In this document: one piece after another, positions 46,392 to 55,792 of the stretch
Layout of the letters: the number at the start of each line of letters is the position of its first letter
Numbering within the stretch: the stretch's first letter is position 1
Assembly: GCA_030753015.1 (NCBI GenBank)
Contig: JASMDC010000007.1
Location: 63,107-127,106, forward strand
Direction of reading: 5' to 3'
Length of the DNA: 64,000 nt
Source: Candidatus Undinarchaeales archaeon
GTDB lineage: Archaea; SpSt-1190; JASMDC01
The notes under the pieces: generated by a model
Database searches by the model: none
Seen by the model: only the letters and a program-made list of their open reading frames with translations
What the model was told of the DNA's origin: nothing
Translations under genes and position numbers: made by a program

Positions 46392-46802
46392 ATGGAGCCA
46401 TACGCGCTCGACGCCCCCGGCGTTCATGTTTATACACTCGCTGAACTGCAGCCCATGTCCTTCATCGAGCTGCAGGACGTCTACCGCGACCTGCCGGTAC
46501 GTGACGAGGGGCCCCATGCTCCCACCAGCGACTTTTCCAACGGGGATCTTATCTACTCGATCGTCCGGTTGGAGGCCGATGCCTTCGCCCAGGGCTTCTA
46601 CGACGACGTGCCCGGTGTGGAGCGGTACACTCGTGAGGACCTCACGGGGATGGAGCGCACCGAACAGGCCAAGCTCTTCGACGAGCTGGGATGCGTCTCC
46701 GGACCGAGCGCGGATCCCGACCTGCTGCCCGAGTACATCCTCATGGGACAGCGGACGGCTTTCCAGCGCAAGCTGCTCACCGAGGACAGCATCGGCGTAT
46801 GA
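46392..46802 (+). CDS. Acidic hypothetical protein (paralog 1)
   Basis: Own BRE/TATA; colinear with 46888 (YALDAP, YTLA.L, LVRLE, YILMGQ). Confidence 0.75.
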   Translation: MEPYALDAPGVHVYTLAELQPMSFIELQDVYRDLPVRDEGPHAPTSDFSNGDLIYSIVRLEADAFAQGFYDDVPGVERYTREDLTGMERTEQAKLFDELGCVSGPSADPDLLPEYILMGQRTAFQRKLLTEDSIGV

Positions 46803-46887
46803 AGTAGGATCCCTGCGATCCCCCTGGAAAAAGGGCGCTATCCCCCAAGTCAAGGTTTAATAACCGTCGGCAGGCCGCACGTTATCC

Positions 46888-47310
46888 ATGGACGCGTACG
46901 CCCTCGACGCACCGGCAACGATCTACACCCTCGCACAGCTGGAGGACATGTCCCCCGGCGAGCTCCAGCAGGTATATCGTGAGTTCCCCATGTCCCTCAA
47001 GATGGAGGGGCAGATACCCACTCACCGGATGGAGGACTGGGTCCTTCCCGCCACCCTCGTACGGCTCGAGGGCAGCGCCTACGCCGAAGGGCTCTACGAC
47101 GACATCCCCGGGGTCGAGCGATACACCAGCTCCGAGCTCACCTCCATGGACCGGTCAGAGCAGGAGCGCATCTTTGCGGAGCTCGAGCACCTTACCGCCC
47201 CCATGGAGGATCCAGATTACATCGTCGGGTACATCCTCATGGGCCAGACCGCGGACTTCATGCAAAAGGTCCGCACCGAGGACGAGTTCCAGCCCATGAA
47301 GCGGCGCTAG
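46888..47310 (+). CDS. Acidic hypothetical protein (paralog 2)
   Basis: Own BRE/TATA; tandem duplicate. Confidence 0.75.
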   Translation: MDAYALDAPATIYTLAQLEDMSPGELQQVYREFPMSLKMEGQIPTHRMEDWVLPATLVRLEGSAYAEGLYDDIPGVERYTSSELTSMDRSEQERIFAELEHLTAPMEDPDYIVGYILMGQTADFMQKVRTEDEFQPMKRR

Positions 47311-47325
47311 GGCCGCGCCCTTTGC

Positions 47326-48222
47326 TCAGGCTTCTTCCTCGGGCGGGTTCAGGGCCTCATCGAGCTCCTTTGCTGTCGGCGAACCACGGGTCTCGGCCCG
47401 GGACGCATTGATGGCCCCGGCGAGGTTGGCCCGGGCAAGGGACTCATTGACATCGAGACCACTGGCAATAGATGCCGCGAAAGCTCCCAGGAACGCGTCG
47501 CCGCACCCCACGGTGTTCACCACCTCCAGCTCGAGTGCGGCCAGGTCGACACCCGGGGCCTCGATGGTTCCCTCTGAGCCTGTGAAGCGACAGCCTGCCT
47601 TTCCCAGCTTCTCGATTATGGCGGTCTGCTGGACGACCTCGGGGCTCAGGCCCTTCGCCTCGACCTCGTTGAGCACGAGATAGTCCATCCGCTTCAGGAG
47701 CGAGGATCCTGCCTCGGCCACCCTGACGCCTGGGTCCCACACGAGGACAGCGTCACCTGCTAGCTCGACGATGGTCGGTATCGACTCCAAGGGTGGATCG
47801 GTGATGACCACGACCTTTGCCTCCCACAGGAGCCGTTCAATGGCAGGTATGTGCAGGTTCTCGGGGGTGACAAGCGCATTGGCCCCCATGACGGTGACGA
47901 TGGTGTTCTCGCCCTTCGCATCGATGGTGATGTGGGCCTGCCCTGACTCCGCGTCGAGGGTGAGGATGCCTTCGGTGTCGATGCCCTCCGTTGCCATGAG
48001 GGTCCGCTGGCTTTGTGCGATATCGTCACGGCCCAGGCCGCCGAGCATGGCGACCTCGCCCGTTGCCATCAGCCGGGCAGCGGCGGTGGCGACATTGGCC
48101 CCGGTGCCGCCGGGGCATGTGTCCTTCCGTTCCACGAGCACTTCCTCGCCCGGTGCGGGCAGGTGGTCCACGAAGTAGTTGATATCCCAGTTGATCGCGC
48201 CGATGACACATACCTTGACCAT
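47326..48222 (-). CDS. PfkB family carbohydrate kinase (ribokinase-like)
   Basis: PGGTGANVA, NEVEA, NTVGCGDAF. Confidence 0.9.
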   Translation of the reverse strand: MVKVCVIGAINWDINYFVDHLPAPGEEVLVERKDTCPGGTGANVATAAARLMATGEVAMLGGLGRDDIAQSQRTLMATEGIDTEGILTLDAESGQAHITIDAKGENTIVTVMGANALVTPENLHIPAIERLLWEAKVVVITDPPLESIPTIVELAGDAVLVWDPGVRVAEAGSSLLKRMDYLVLNEVEAKGLSPEVVQQTAIIEKLGKAGCRFTGSEGTIEAPGVDLAALELEVVNTVGCGDAFLGAFAASIASGLDVNESLARANLAGAINASRAETRGSPTAKELDEALNPPEEEA

Positions 48223-48307
48223 TGTGCTCAGCGGAGTGTAGGATAACGAGCAGACTTTTAAACCGAGCGGAGAGGCGCTTGAGAGATCGCACAACCACTG
48301 AGGTGCG

Positions 48308-50035
48308 TCATATACTTTCCTTGCTTTGAACCTTTTTTAGCGCGTCCTCGGCCGTGACCCGGACCCTCTCGTCCTCGTCACTCGATGCCTCTTCCAGGGC
48401 ATCAACGGCACGAGCGTCCTGGATGTTACCGAGCACCAAGGCCGAGAGCATCCGTACCTTTGGATCCTCATCTCGCAGGGAAGAGATCAAGGGTTCTACA
48501 GCCGGAGGCCCGATCTTCTCGACTACCTTTGTCATGCCAGCCTTTATCAGTGGTAGTGTAGCCCTTGGATCCTTGATCACACCAAGCGCCGAGGCCACAT
48601 TATTCGGGCAGGACGATCGTCCTTCCTCCAATGAGGCTATCAAGGGTTCCACGGCCCGGGTATCATTGAATGCGCCCAGCACATCGGCGGCCGTACATCG
48701 TACATCGTAATGCCTGTCCTTCAGAGCCTTAATGGCGGGTTCGATTGCGCGTGAGTCTCCAATGCTACTTAATGCATCCAATGCAGTTACCTTGAAACTT
48801 TCGCCTCTATCCAAATATAGAGTAAGGTTGCCGTTCTCATGTCTATAGTCCAGCAACCGGTTTCCTCCGTTCGGAAACTCTAGGATCGCAGTACCGTGCT
48901 CCTTACGAATCGAGATCTGTATCCTTTTATCCCCAGAGATGATAACTAGGACCTCGTTGTTCTCGTTCTTCTCAATATGAGCGGTCTCCACCCATCCGAT
49001 ATCTAGAGTCTCATTCACTGTTCTTCTGATCCGCTGCTCACCGAGCCCTGGGACTTCGTCCCAATGAAACAAATAGACACCCTTAAGCGCAGAGATCAAT
49101 GGCTCAACCGCTCTAGTATCCTCGCTTATTCCTAATGCATATGCCGCGATCCTTTGGACATCCTTATCCCTATCGCCCAGTGCTATGATGAAGGGTTCGA
49201 CGGCACGAGTATCGTTCATACGAGTGAGCGCCTTTGCCGATTCCCGACGGGTTGTTGCTGTTGTAGAATTCAATGCCAATATCAAGGCATCGACGGCAGG
49301 GGGACCGATGCTTTCTAGGGCCTTGATAATGCCATCCTCGACAAGACCGTCCACTTTAGGCAATGCTGCGCTCAATGGTTCAATGGCACGGAAATCTTTG
49401 AGTATGCCTAGGGAATTTATCACCACTTCTTGGACCACTGGCTCCTTGTCCATTATCGCACCTATCAATGGTTCAACGGCCCGGGTATCATTGATCTTAC
49501 CCAGTGCCCGTGCGATATCCCTCCGGACAATGTAATCCTCATCCCCTATCGAGGAAATCAAAGGTTCGAATGCACGGGTGTCGTTTATCTCATTCAAGAT
49601 GGATACTGCTGACCGCCTAACGTATGGACTGTCGTGGTTTAATGCACCTATCAAGGCTTCGACCGCTGGTGTCCCTATCTTGAGCAATGCTGACTCGCGT
49701 TCAATTCTGACGAACACATTATCGTCGTTCAATCCATCGATTAATGGTTCGATGGCACGGGGGTCACCAATCACTCCAAGCGACCTCGCTGCTCCCTCTC
49801 TAACAGAATAATCCTGATCATGCAGGGCTCGTATCAACGGTTCGACCGCACGCACGTCACCTCTGTCGCCCAGCTTCTGTGCGGCAATCCTTCGCGCCTC
49901 GGTCTCTTCACTGTCCAGGTAGGGGATAAGGGTCTTTACGTCTGCTGAAAAGAGAGAGGCCAGATGGAGGATATAGAGAACTATGATCACGAGGGCGATC
50001 ACAAGTTCAATTACAGCGATCTTTCCATACGTCAA
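48308..50035 (-). CDS. Membrane-anchored HEAT/PBS-lyase repeat protein (lower GC)
   Basis: Many ALGxIxDxRAVEPLIxAL repeats; N-terminal TM; TTG start inferred. Confidence 0.85.
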   Translation of the reverse strand: MTYGKIAVIELVIALVIIVLYILHLASLFSADVKTLIPYLDSEETEARRIAAQKLGDRGDVRAVEPLIRALHDQDYSVREGAARSLGVIGDPRAIEPLIDGLNDDNVFVRIERESALLKIGTPAVEALIGALNHDSPYVRRSAVSILNEINDTRAFEPLISSIGDEDYIVRRDIARALGKINDTRAVEPLIGAIMDKEPVVQEVVINSLGILKDFRAIEPLSAALPKVDGLVEDGIIKALESIGPPAVDALILALNSTTATTRRESAKALTRMNDTRAVEPFIIALGDRDKDVQRIAAYALGISEDTRAVEPLISALKGVYLFHWDEVPGLGEQRIRRTVNETLDIGWVETAHIEKNENNEVLVIISGDKRIQISIRKEHGTAILEFPNGGNRLLDYRHENGNLTLYLDRGESFKVTALDALSSIGDSRAIEPAIKALKDRHYDVRCTAADVLGAFNDTRAVEPLIASLEEGRSSCPNNVASALGVIKDPRATLPLIKAGMTKVVEKIGPPAVEPLISSLRDEDPKVRMLSALVLGNIQDARAVDALEEASSDEDERVRVTAEDALKKVQSKESI

Positions 50036-50144
50036 GACGGATTGACGTTTCACATGATCACGTCCAATCGACCAAGCCACCCTTCCCCGCATGGGTTGGA
50101 CCACACCAATCCTTAAATGTCCGGCGTCCTTCCACTCCTCCGCC

Positions 50145-50477
50145 ATGATCGACCTCCTCGTCCGCGGCATCATCGGTGGTGGCTTCGTGGTGGTGATCAC
50201 CCTCCTCGCCCGGACCGAGCACTACTACCTTGCCGGCCTCCTCCCCCTATTCCCCACGTTCGGCCTCATGAGCCACTACATCGTGGGCACCTCGAACACT
50301 CCCGACGAGTTCCGCGACGTCATCGTGTTCGGGATGTGGTCGCTGGCACCCTACTTCGCCTACCTTGCCACAGTATACCATCTGCACACACGGACCACCA
50401 TCAACCAGACGCTGGCCGGTGGTGTGGCGGTGTGGGCAGCGGTCGCGTCGATACTGGTTTACATCTGGAAAAGGTAG
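50145..50477 (+). CDS. GlpM family membrane protein
   Basis: YYLAGLLPLFPTFGL..HYIVG, FGMWSL.PYF.YL. Confidence 0.85.
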   Translation: MIDLLVRGIIGGGFVVVITLLARTEHYYLAGLLPLFPTFGLMSHYIVGTSNTPDEFRDVIVFGMWSLAPYFAYLATVYHLHTRTTINQTLAGGVAVWAAVASILVYIWKR

Positions 50478-50483
50478 GTGCCC

Positions 50484-51443
50484 TTACTCCTTCCCGAGGT
50501 AGTGCTCGAACAGCGCGTCCAGGAACAGCAGCTGCTGCTCCACCCTCTCTGCCATGGACCTGTGCCGCGTACCGTCGAAGGGCGAGCCCTCGGTGGTGTA
50601 GGCGTCGATTTCCAGTGTGTTGCAGAATCCGGTGAACGTGCAATCGTCGTCGTGGAGGAGGGAGGCCTGTGTCGGGTACTTCTCGCCCACGCGCTTGGCC
50701 GCGTCCTCGGCCACCAGCACCAGCTCAGGCTCGTACACGATGGTGGTGTAGGTGAAGTCCTCTCGGGGCGTCTCGTGGAGGTCGGCGGCGAAGAGCACGT
50801 TCTCGCGAGTGGCCTTCTTCTCCTCGACCAGCCGCGCCACAGCGAAGGCCTCTCTGGTCATGAGGGGGAACGTCCTGCGCCAGGCCATCCCGTTCGGGTC
50901 GAGCTCGGGATCCTCGAATAGCTGCTCGTAGTAGTTGAGCTCGCACTGGTACGTCGGGGTCGCAGGATCGAACCGGTAGGTGTCATGACAGTCGTTCCGG
51001 TCGGCGTCGAACTGGGCGAAGTCCTCCTTGTCGAGGTAGACTCCGGTTTCCGGTATGTACATGGCCGGCCGCTGCTCCGGCTGGAGCCCGTACGCGTCCA
51101 CGTGGACGGCGGGTACGATGGTGATCTCGCCGTGCTCGAGGTATTCGCGCATCCCGGGCGACGCGAGCACCTTATCGATGAGCTCGACTGCCGCCTCAGC
51201 GCCACCGTACTCGGGCGAGTGGCGGCCTGCGGTGATGATGATGGTGCTATCGGGATCGTCGGTGAGCGAGAGGTCCACGAAGGCGATGGGGGAGCCCCAA
51301 CCGCTCACAAGCGCAGGATCCTTTAGATACCCGTCCATGGTGCGGACGTGGACCGCTGCGTCCGTGTACCCGTGGAGCCGTTCCAGCATCTGGCCGTAGG
51401 TGTGGTGCTCGAGCATCGGGTCGACGGACGTTTCGATGACCAT
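50484..51443 (-). CDS. M14-like zinc carboxypeptidase/deacylase (paralog 1)
   Basis: AGRHSPE (HxxE), DRN, DLHE, TTEG. Confidence 0.8.
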   Translation of the reverse strand: MVIETSVDPMLEHHTYGQMLERLHGYTDAAVHVRTMDGYLKDPALVSGWGSPIAFVDLSLTDDPDSTIIITAGRHSPEYGGAEAAVELIDKVLASPGMREYLEHGEITIVPAVHVDAYGLQPEQRPAMYIPETGVYLDKEDFAQFDADRNDCHDTYRFDPATPTYQCELNYYEQLFEDPELDPNGMAWRRTFPLMTREAFAVARLVEEKKATRENVLFAADLHETPREDFTYTTIVYEPELVLVAEDAAKRVGEKYPTQASLLHDDDCTFTGFCNTLEIDAYTTEGSPFDGTRHRSMAERVEQQLLFLDALFEHYLGKE

Positions 51444-51446
51444 GTA

Positions 51447-52406
51447 TCACGACGCCTCCGTTCCCGTGTCGATGTAGTGGTCTAGCAGGGCGTCCAGGGC
51501 CAATAACTGCTGCTCCACGCGCTCGCTCAGCGGTCGCGGCCCGTCGCCGTCGAAGGATGAGCCCTCGAGGGTGTAGGTGTCGATACCGTGAGCTGTACAG
51601 AACGCGGAGAACGTGCCCTTGCTGCCCTCCATCAGCGCTGTCTCCTTTACCGGGTAGGTCTCGCCCACCCGTGCCGTCGCGGCCTCACCGGTCTTCTGCA
51701 GTCCCTCGTCGAACACCAGAGTGGCGTAGCTGAAACCGGGCTTGCAGGTCTCGTGGAGGTCGGCTGTGAAGAGCACCTTTCCGTTCGCGACCTTCTCCTC
51801 GAGTAACCTGGCCACCGCATAGGTCTCCCGTGTGATGAACTTCGATGGCAGCTCCCGGAGACATCCCGGCTCGCTCATGGCCACCACGGCGCTCTGGTCG
51901 AAGTAGTCCAGCTGCCCCTCGTAGGAGGGGGCCTTGCCATCGGCCAGGTAGGTGTCATGGCCGGTGTTCCGGTCGGCGTCGCACTTCCACCGCCGGATGA
52001 TCCCGTTGCCCTGGGGATCCCAAACGGGTTTGCGCTCGTCCACCGGTACCGTGTACTGGTCCACGTTGACGGCTGGCACGATGGTGACCTCGCCGTGTTT
52101 GAGGTACTCCTGCATCCCGGGTGATGCGAGGATATGGCCGACGAGCTCGACTGCTGCCTCTGCACCTCCGTACTCGGGCGAGTGGCGTCCGGCAGTGATG
52201 ACTATCGTGCTGTCAGGATTCTCTGCATAGGTGAGGTCGACGTACGAGATGGACCCGTCGAGGTCGCTCACCAGGGTGTCGTCACCGAGGTGGCCGTCGA
52301 TTGTACGGACGTGGACGGCAGGGTCATCGTAGCCGTTGAGCCGGTCGAGCATGTCGGCATAGGTGCCGTGCTCCAGGTCCCGGTCGACGGCGGTCTCTAT
52401 GACCAT
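51447..52406 (-). CDS. M14-like zinc carboxypeptidase/deacylase (paralog 2)
   Basis: AGRHSPE, DRN, DLHE, TLEG. Confidence 0.8.
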   Translation of the reverse strand: MVIETAVDRDLEHGTYADMLDRLNGYDDPAVHVRTIDGHLGDDTLVSDLDGSISYVDLTYAENPDSTIVITAGRHSPEYGGAEAAVELVGHILASPGMQEYLKHGEVTIVPAVNVDQYTVPVDERKPVWDPQGNGIIRRWKCDADRNTGHDTYLADGKAPSYEGQLDYFDQSAVVAMSEPGCLRELPSKFITRETYAVARLLEEKVANGKVLFTADLHETCKPGFSYATLVFDEGLQKTGEAATARVGETYPVKETALMEGSKGTFSAFCTAHGIDTYTLEGSSFDGDGPRPLSERVEQQLLALDALLDHYIDTGTEAS

Positions 52407-52540
52407 GGTGGTCCGCGGCCGGCCCGGCCGTATATAGGTCTTTCCCTTGCCTCAACGGTCCTGGGAGCTGGATCGGAGATAATCCATGAGGCCGGCTGCA
52501 AACCAAGGGCTTCTTTAAGGTTATTTTTTACTCGACAGAT

Positions 52541-53062
52541 ATGAAGAGAAAGATCATCCTTTACATTGCCATAAGCCTCGATGGGTTTATAGCACGAAAG
52601 GATGGGTCCGTTGATTGGCTTTCGCCGTATGAGAACACGGAGGAGGATTACGGCTACAAGGAGTTCTATGATTCAGTTGGAACGGTCGTGATGGGAAACA
52701 CCACGTACAAGGGATTCGGGGAATATTATCGCGATAAACCCTGTTTCGTCTTTTCCAGAGTCAGAAAGGGCAACGATGGGAACGCAACGTTCGTCAATGG
52801 GGACATGGAAGAGAGTATGAAAAAGATCAACTCGACCGGGACCAAGAACATATGGCTCGTTGGCGGGGGAGAAGTCATTGATGCTTTCTTGAGACATGAC
52901 TTGATCGACGAGCTCATCATCTCGATCATACCGACAATACTTGGAGAAGGGATCCCTTTGTTCAAGGGGGGTAGCGATGAGAACCAGCTGGACCTTCGAT
53001 CAGTAAAAAGGTACGATTCCGGTCTGGTGCAAGCTCACTACGAGATCAAGCATCAGAAATAG
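52541..53062 (+). CDS. Dihydrofolate reductase/RibD C-terminal family protein (low GC)
   Basis: AISLDGFIA, VMGNTTY, IWLVGGG, IDE, PTILGEGIPLF. Confidence 0.9.
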   Translation: MKRKIILYIAISLDGFIARKDGSVDWLSPYENTEEDYGYKEFYDSVGTVVMGNTTYKGFGEYYRDKPCFVFSRVRKGNDGNATFVNGDMEESMKKINSTGTKNIWLVGGGEVIDAFLRHDLIDELIISIIPTILGEGIPLFKGGSDENQLDLRSVKRYDSGLVQAHYEIKHQK

Positions 53063-53258
53063 GACCTTTCCCCGATCCCAATCCCTTTGACGAGATGCCT
53101 GCAGGTGCTCGTCCGGATATAGGTCAGTCGGTATCGTATCAGTGGGTTATGCGGCGTCGCTCTTTCCTCCAGATGACAGTAAGAGGCACATAACAGTTAT
53201 CGCTCCTACTGCCTGAGATGACCTCCCTTTCTCGATCCGAATTAACCTGATCGGCCCA

Positions 53259-53286
53259 CACCGCAATAATGCATATTATGCGGCGT
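53259..53286. other. dif-like (Xer) recombination site
   Basis: CACCGCAATAA-TGCATA-TTATGCGGCGT, an 11-6-11 layout with ATAA/TTAT inner motifs; right arm repeated at ~53147. Confidence 0.45.
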
Positions 53287-53436
53287 CATTTCGGCTATCG
53301 AGGTTGTTGAGTAATTCAAAATGATAAAGTAATCAGTTAAAATTCTGCAAAAAATGCTCCTAACTGATTACCGTATCATAATCGGACACAAGCTAATAAC
53401 TCCGGAAACAATTATCGACTCCCCGGAGTAGAATGA

Positions 53437-54387
53437 TCAGCAATAGTGGTCGAACAGAGCGTCCAGTGCCAGCAGCTGCTGCTCGACGCGTTCGGCCAGC
53501 GGTCGTTGCCGCCACTCGTCCCGGGGTGAGCCCTCAGTGGTGTAGGCATCGATCCCGTACGCGTTGCAGAGGCCGGAGAACGTGTTGAGACCGCTCTTGA
53601 CCTGGGTGCCTTGTGTGGGATAGCCCTCCTTCACGCGGGCATCCATGGCGTCAGCGGTCCCCTTCAGTTCCTCGTCGAACACGAGGGTGCAGTACTCGAA
53701 TCCGTCGGCGTCGGTCTCGTGGAGGTCGGCGGCGAAGAGCACCTTCCCCTGCTCCTTCTTCTCCTCGAGGAGTCGTGCTACGGCGTACGTCTCCTTGGGG
53801 ATGGCGGTGTGCTCGCGGTACGGTGGTCCGCCCCAACCGCCCTTGTCGGCCTCAGCGTCGAAGATCTGGTCATAGTGGGTGAACTCGCCTTCGTACGAGG
53901 GAGGTTTCGGATCAATAAAGTGCCCCTCATGGCCCGAGTTATGGCACGCGTCGTACCGCTTGTACGAATCGGGGGACGGTATGTGGTATCCCACCATCTT
54001 GAAGCCGGGCATCCGCTCATCGGCGGGCTTGCTGTACTCATCGACATGGACCACGGGCACGATGGTGACCTCGCCGTGCTGCAAATAGGCCTGCATCTCG
54101 GGAGAGGCGAGGACACGGTCCACCAGCTCCATGGCGGCCTCGGCACCGCCGTACTCGGGCGAGTGGCGTCCTGCGGTGATGACGATCGTGCTGTCGGGCG
54201 AGTCCGTGTACGAGAGGTTCACAAAGGAGATGGGCTTCCCCTGGTCGCTGACCAGAGAGGGATCGTCGAGGTAGCCGTCGATGGTCTGGACGTGGACGGC
54301 GGGGTCGTCGTATCCATGAAGGCGGTCGAGCATGTCGGCGTAGGTCGTATGCGCAAGCTCGCCGTCCATCCCCGTCTCGATGGCCAC
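53437..54387 (-). CDS. M14-like zinc carboxypeptidase/deacylase (paralog 3)
   Basis: AGRHSPE, DLHE, TTEG. Confidence 0.8.
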   Translation of the reverse strand: MAIETGMDGELAHTTYADMLDRLHGYDDPAVHVQTIDGYLDDPSLVSDQGKPISFVNLSYTDSPDSTIVITAGRHSPEYGGAEAAMELVDRVLASPEMQAYLQHGEVTIVPVVHVDEYSKPADERMPGFKMVGYHIPSPDSYKRYDACHNSGHEGHFIDPKPPSYEGEFTHYDQIFDAEADKGGWGGPPYREHTAIPKETYAVARLLEEKKEQGKVLFAADLHETDADGFEYCTLVFDEELKGTADAMDARVKEGYPTQGTQVKSGLNTFSGLCNAYGIDAYTTEGSPRDEWRQRPLAERVEQQLLALDALFDHYC

Positions 54388-54595
54388 GGTGCTGGGTGGC
54401 GGGGTGGTCGGTTAATATGGTTTGCCCTTGGGGGATGGAAGAGCACCACTGTGGTGGTGCTATTTTCCTTTATACTTGGAACACCATATTACTACTGCAT
54501 GGTGGTGAAAAAGTCGAAGATACTCGTTCTCGATCACCACGGGCACCCATATCCCCTATACCCCACCCATACTTAACCGACCAAACACCTACACC

Positions 54596-54640
54596 TGAGG
54601 AGGGAGGCGTCCGGCAGCCCTCCTCACTAATTCCTTTTTC
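54596..54640. terminator. Stem-loop followed by T-tract
   Basis: TGAGGAGGG..CCCTCCTCA then TTCCTTTTT in an intergenic region. Confidence 0.3.
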
Positions 54641-54713
54641 ATGGATCAATGAGGGTGAACGGATAACCTTGAACCGACATCTGATAGCGGCCATCCGATT
54701 CGGTAGAATAGCC

Positions 54714-55679
54714 TCATTCCTTAAGGACGTAGTTCTCGAAGAGTTCGTCCAGGGCGATGAGCTGCTGCTCGACGCGCTCGGCCATCGAGTGGCGTCGATG
54801 GAACTTGAACGGTGCTCCTTCGGTCGTGTAGGCGTCGATGCCAAGAGCATGGGCGAAACCTGAGAACGTGCCTGCATCGTCTTTGAGCACGTCATCATGG
54901 GTCCAGTGGAATCGCTTCTTAACTCGCTCGTTGATGGTGCGGACGACATCAGCGTTCTCCTCATCGAAGTAGATGGTGCAGAAGTTGAAGTTCTTCCGGT
55001 CCGTCTCATGGAGATCGGCGGTGAACAGGATCTCGTCCCGAGAGGCCTTCTTCTCCTCCAAGAGGCGCGAGACAGCGTAGGCCTCCTTCGAGATCATTTC
55101 GTCATCAAGTCGAACGTACCCATGTTCGGCCTCGTCATCGAGGACGAAGCGCTGGTCGAAGGTGGAGAACTTGCCCTCGTAGTCGGGCAACACACCCTTC
55201 TCGCGATAGGAATCATGACCGGTGTTACGGCACCCGTCGCAACCCCTTAGGCTCAAGGGGGGGATCGGTACCGCGTAGGCACCGAAAAGATCGAGCTTGT
55301 ACGTGCGGTCCTTCGCCGGCCTGGCGTACTCGTCCACGTGGACGGCGGGGACGATGGTTATCTCGCCATGTCTAAGGTACTCCTGCATCCCGGGGGATGC
55401 GAGGATGCGCCCCACGAGCTCGACTGCGGCCTCGGGGCCACCGTGCTCGTCCGAGTGACGACCAGCGGTTATGACGATGCTACTGTCAGGATCCTCTGCA
55501 TAGGTGAGGTCGACGAACGAGATGGGATTCCCGGCGCTGCTCACCAGGGAGCGGTCATCGATGTACCCGTCGATGGTGCGTACGTGGACTGCTGCGTCGT
55601 CGTACCCGTCGATACGGTCGAGCATGTCCTGATAGGTGCCATGCTCAAGGCCCGGGTCCACAGCAGTCTCGATGACCAC
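54714..55679 (-). CDS. M14-like zinc carboxypeptidase/deacylase (paralog 4)
   Basis: AGRHSDE, CRN, DLHE, TTEG; GTG start VIETAVD matches paralogs. Confidence 0.8.
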   Translation of the reverse strand: MVIETAVDPGLEHGTYQDMLDRIDGYDDAAVHVRTIDGYIDDRSLVSSAGNPISFVDLTYAEDPDSSIVITAGRHSDEHGGPEAAVELVGRILASPGMQEYLRHGEITIVPAVHVDEYARPAKDRTYKLDLFGAYAVPIPPLSLRGCDGCRNTGHDSYREKGVLPDYEGKFSTFDQRFVLDDEAEHGYVRLDDEMISKEAYAVSRLLEEKKASRDEILFTADLHETDRKNFNFCTIYFDEENADVVRTINERVKKRFHWTHDDVLKDDAGTFSGFAHALGIDAYTTEGAPFKFHRRHSMAERVEQQLIALDELFENYVLKE

Positions 55680-55792
55680 GGTCCTCCGGGCCGAGGTCCG
55701 GCGTATATAGGCTTTTCCCTTGGGGAAAGGGATCCCCGCACCCCGACATGTCCGCTTGGGACGTATCTTTTTATAGACCGGCAGGCATCCAG

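Noticed and set aside
53140-53205. Integron attC site (GTTATGC, ACATAAC)
   Set aside because: Core sites are in the wrong order and spacing for attC and no integrase is present; a dif-like reading fits better
54420-54600. Short hairpins (AGCACCAC/GTGGTGCT, CACCAT/ATGGTG) between M14 paralogs
   Set aside because: Single copy, no covariation evidence and no recognisable riboswitch consensus
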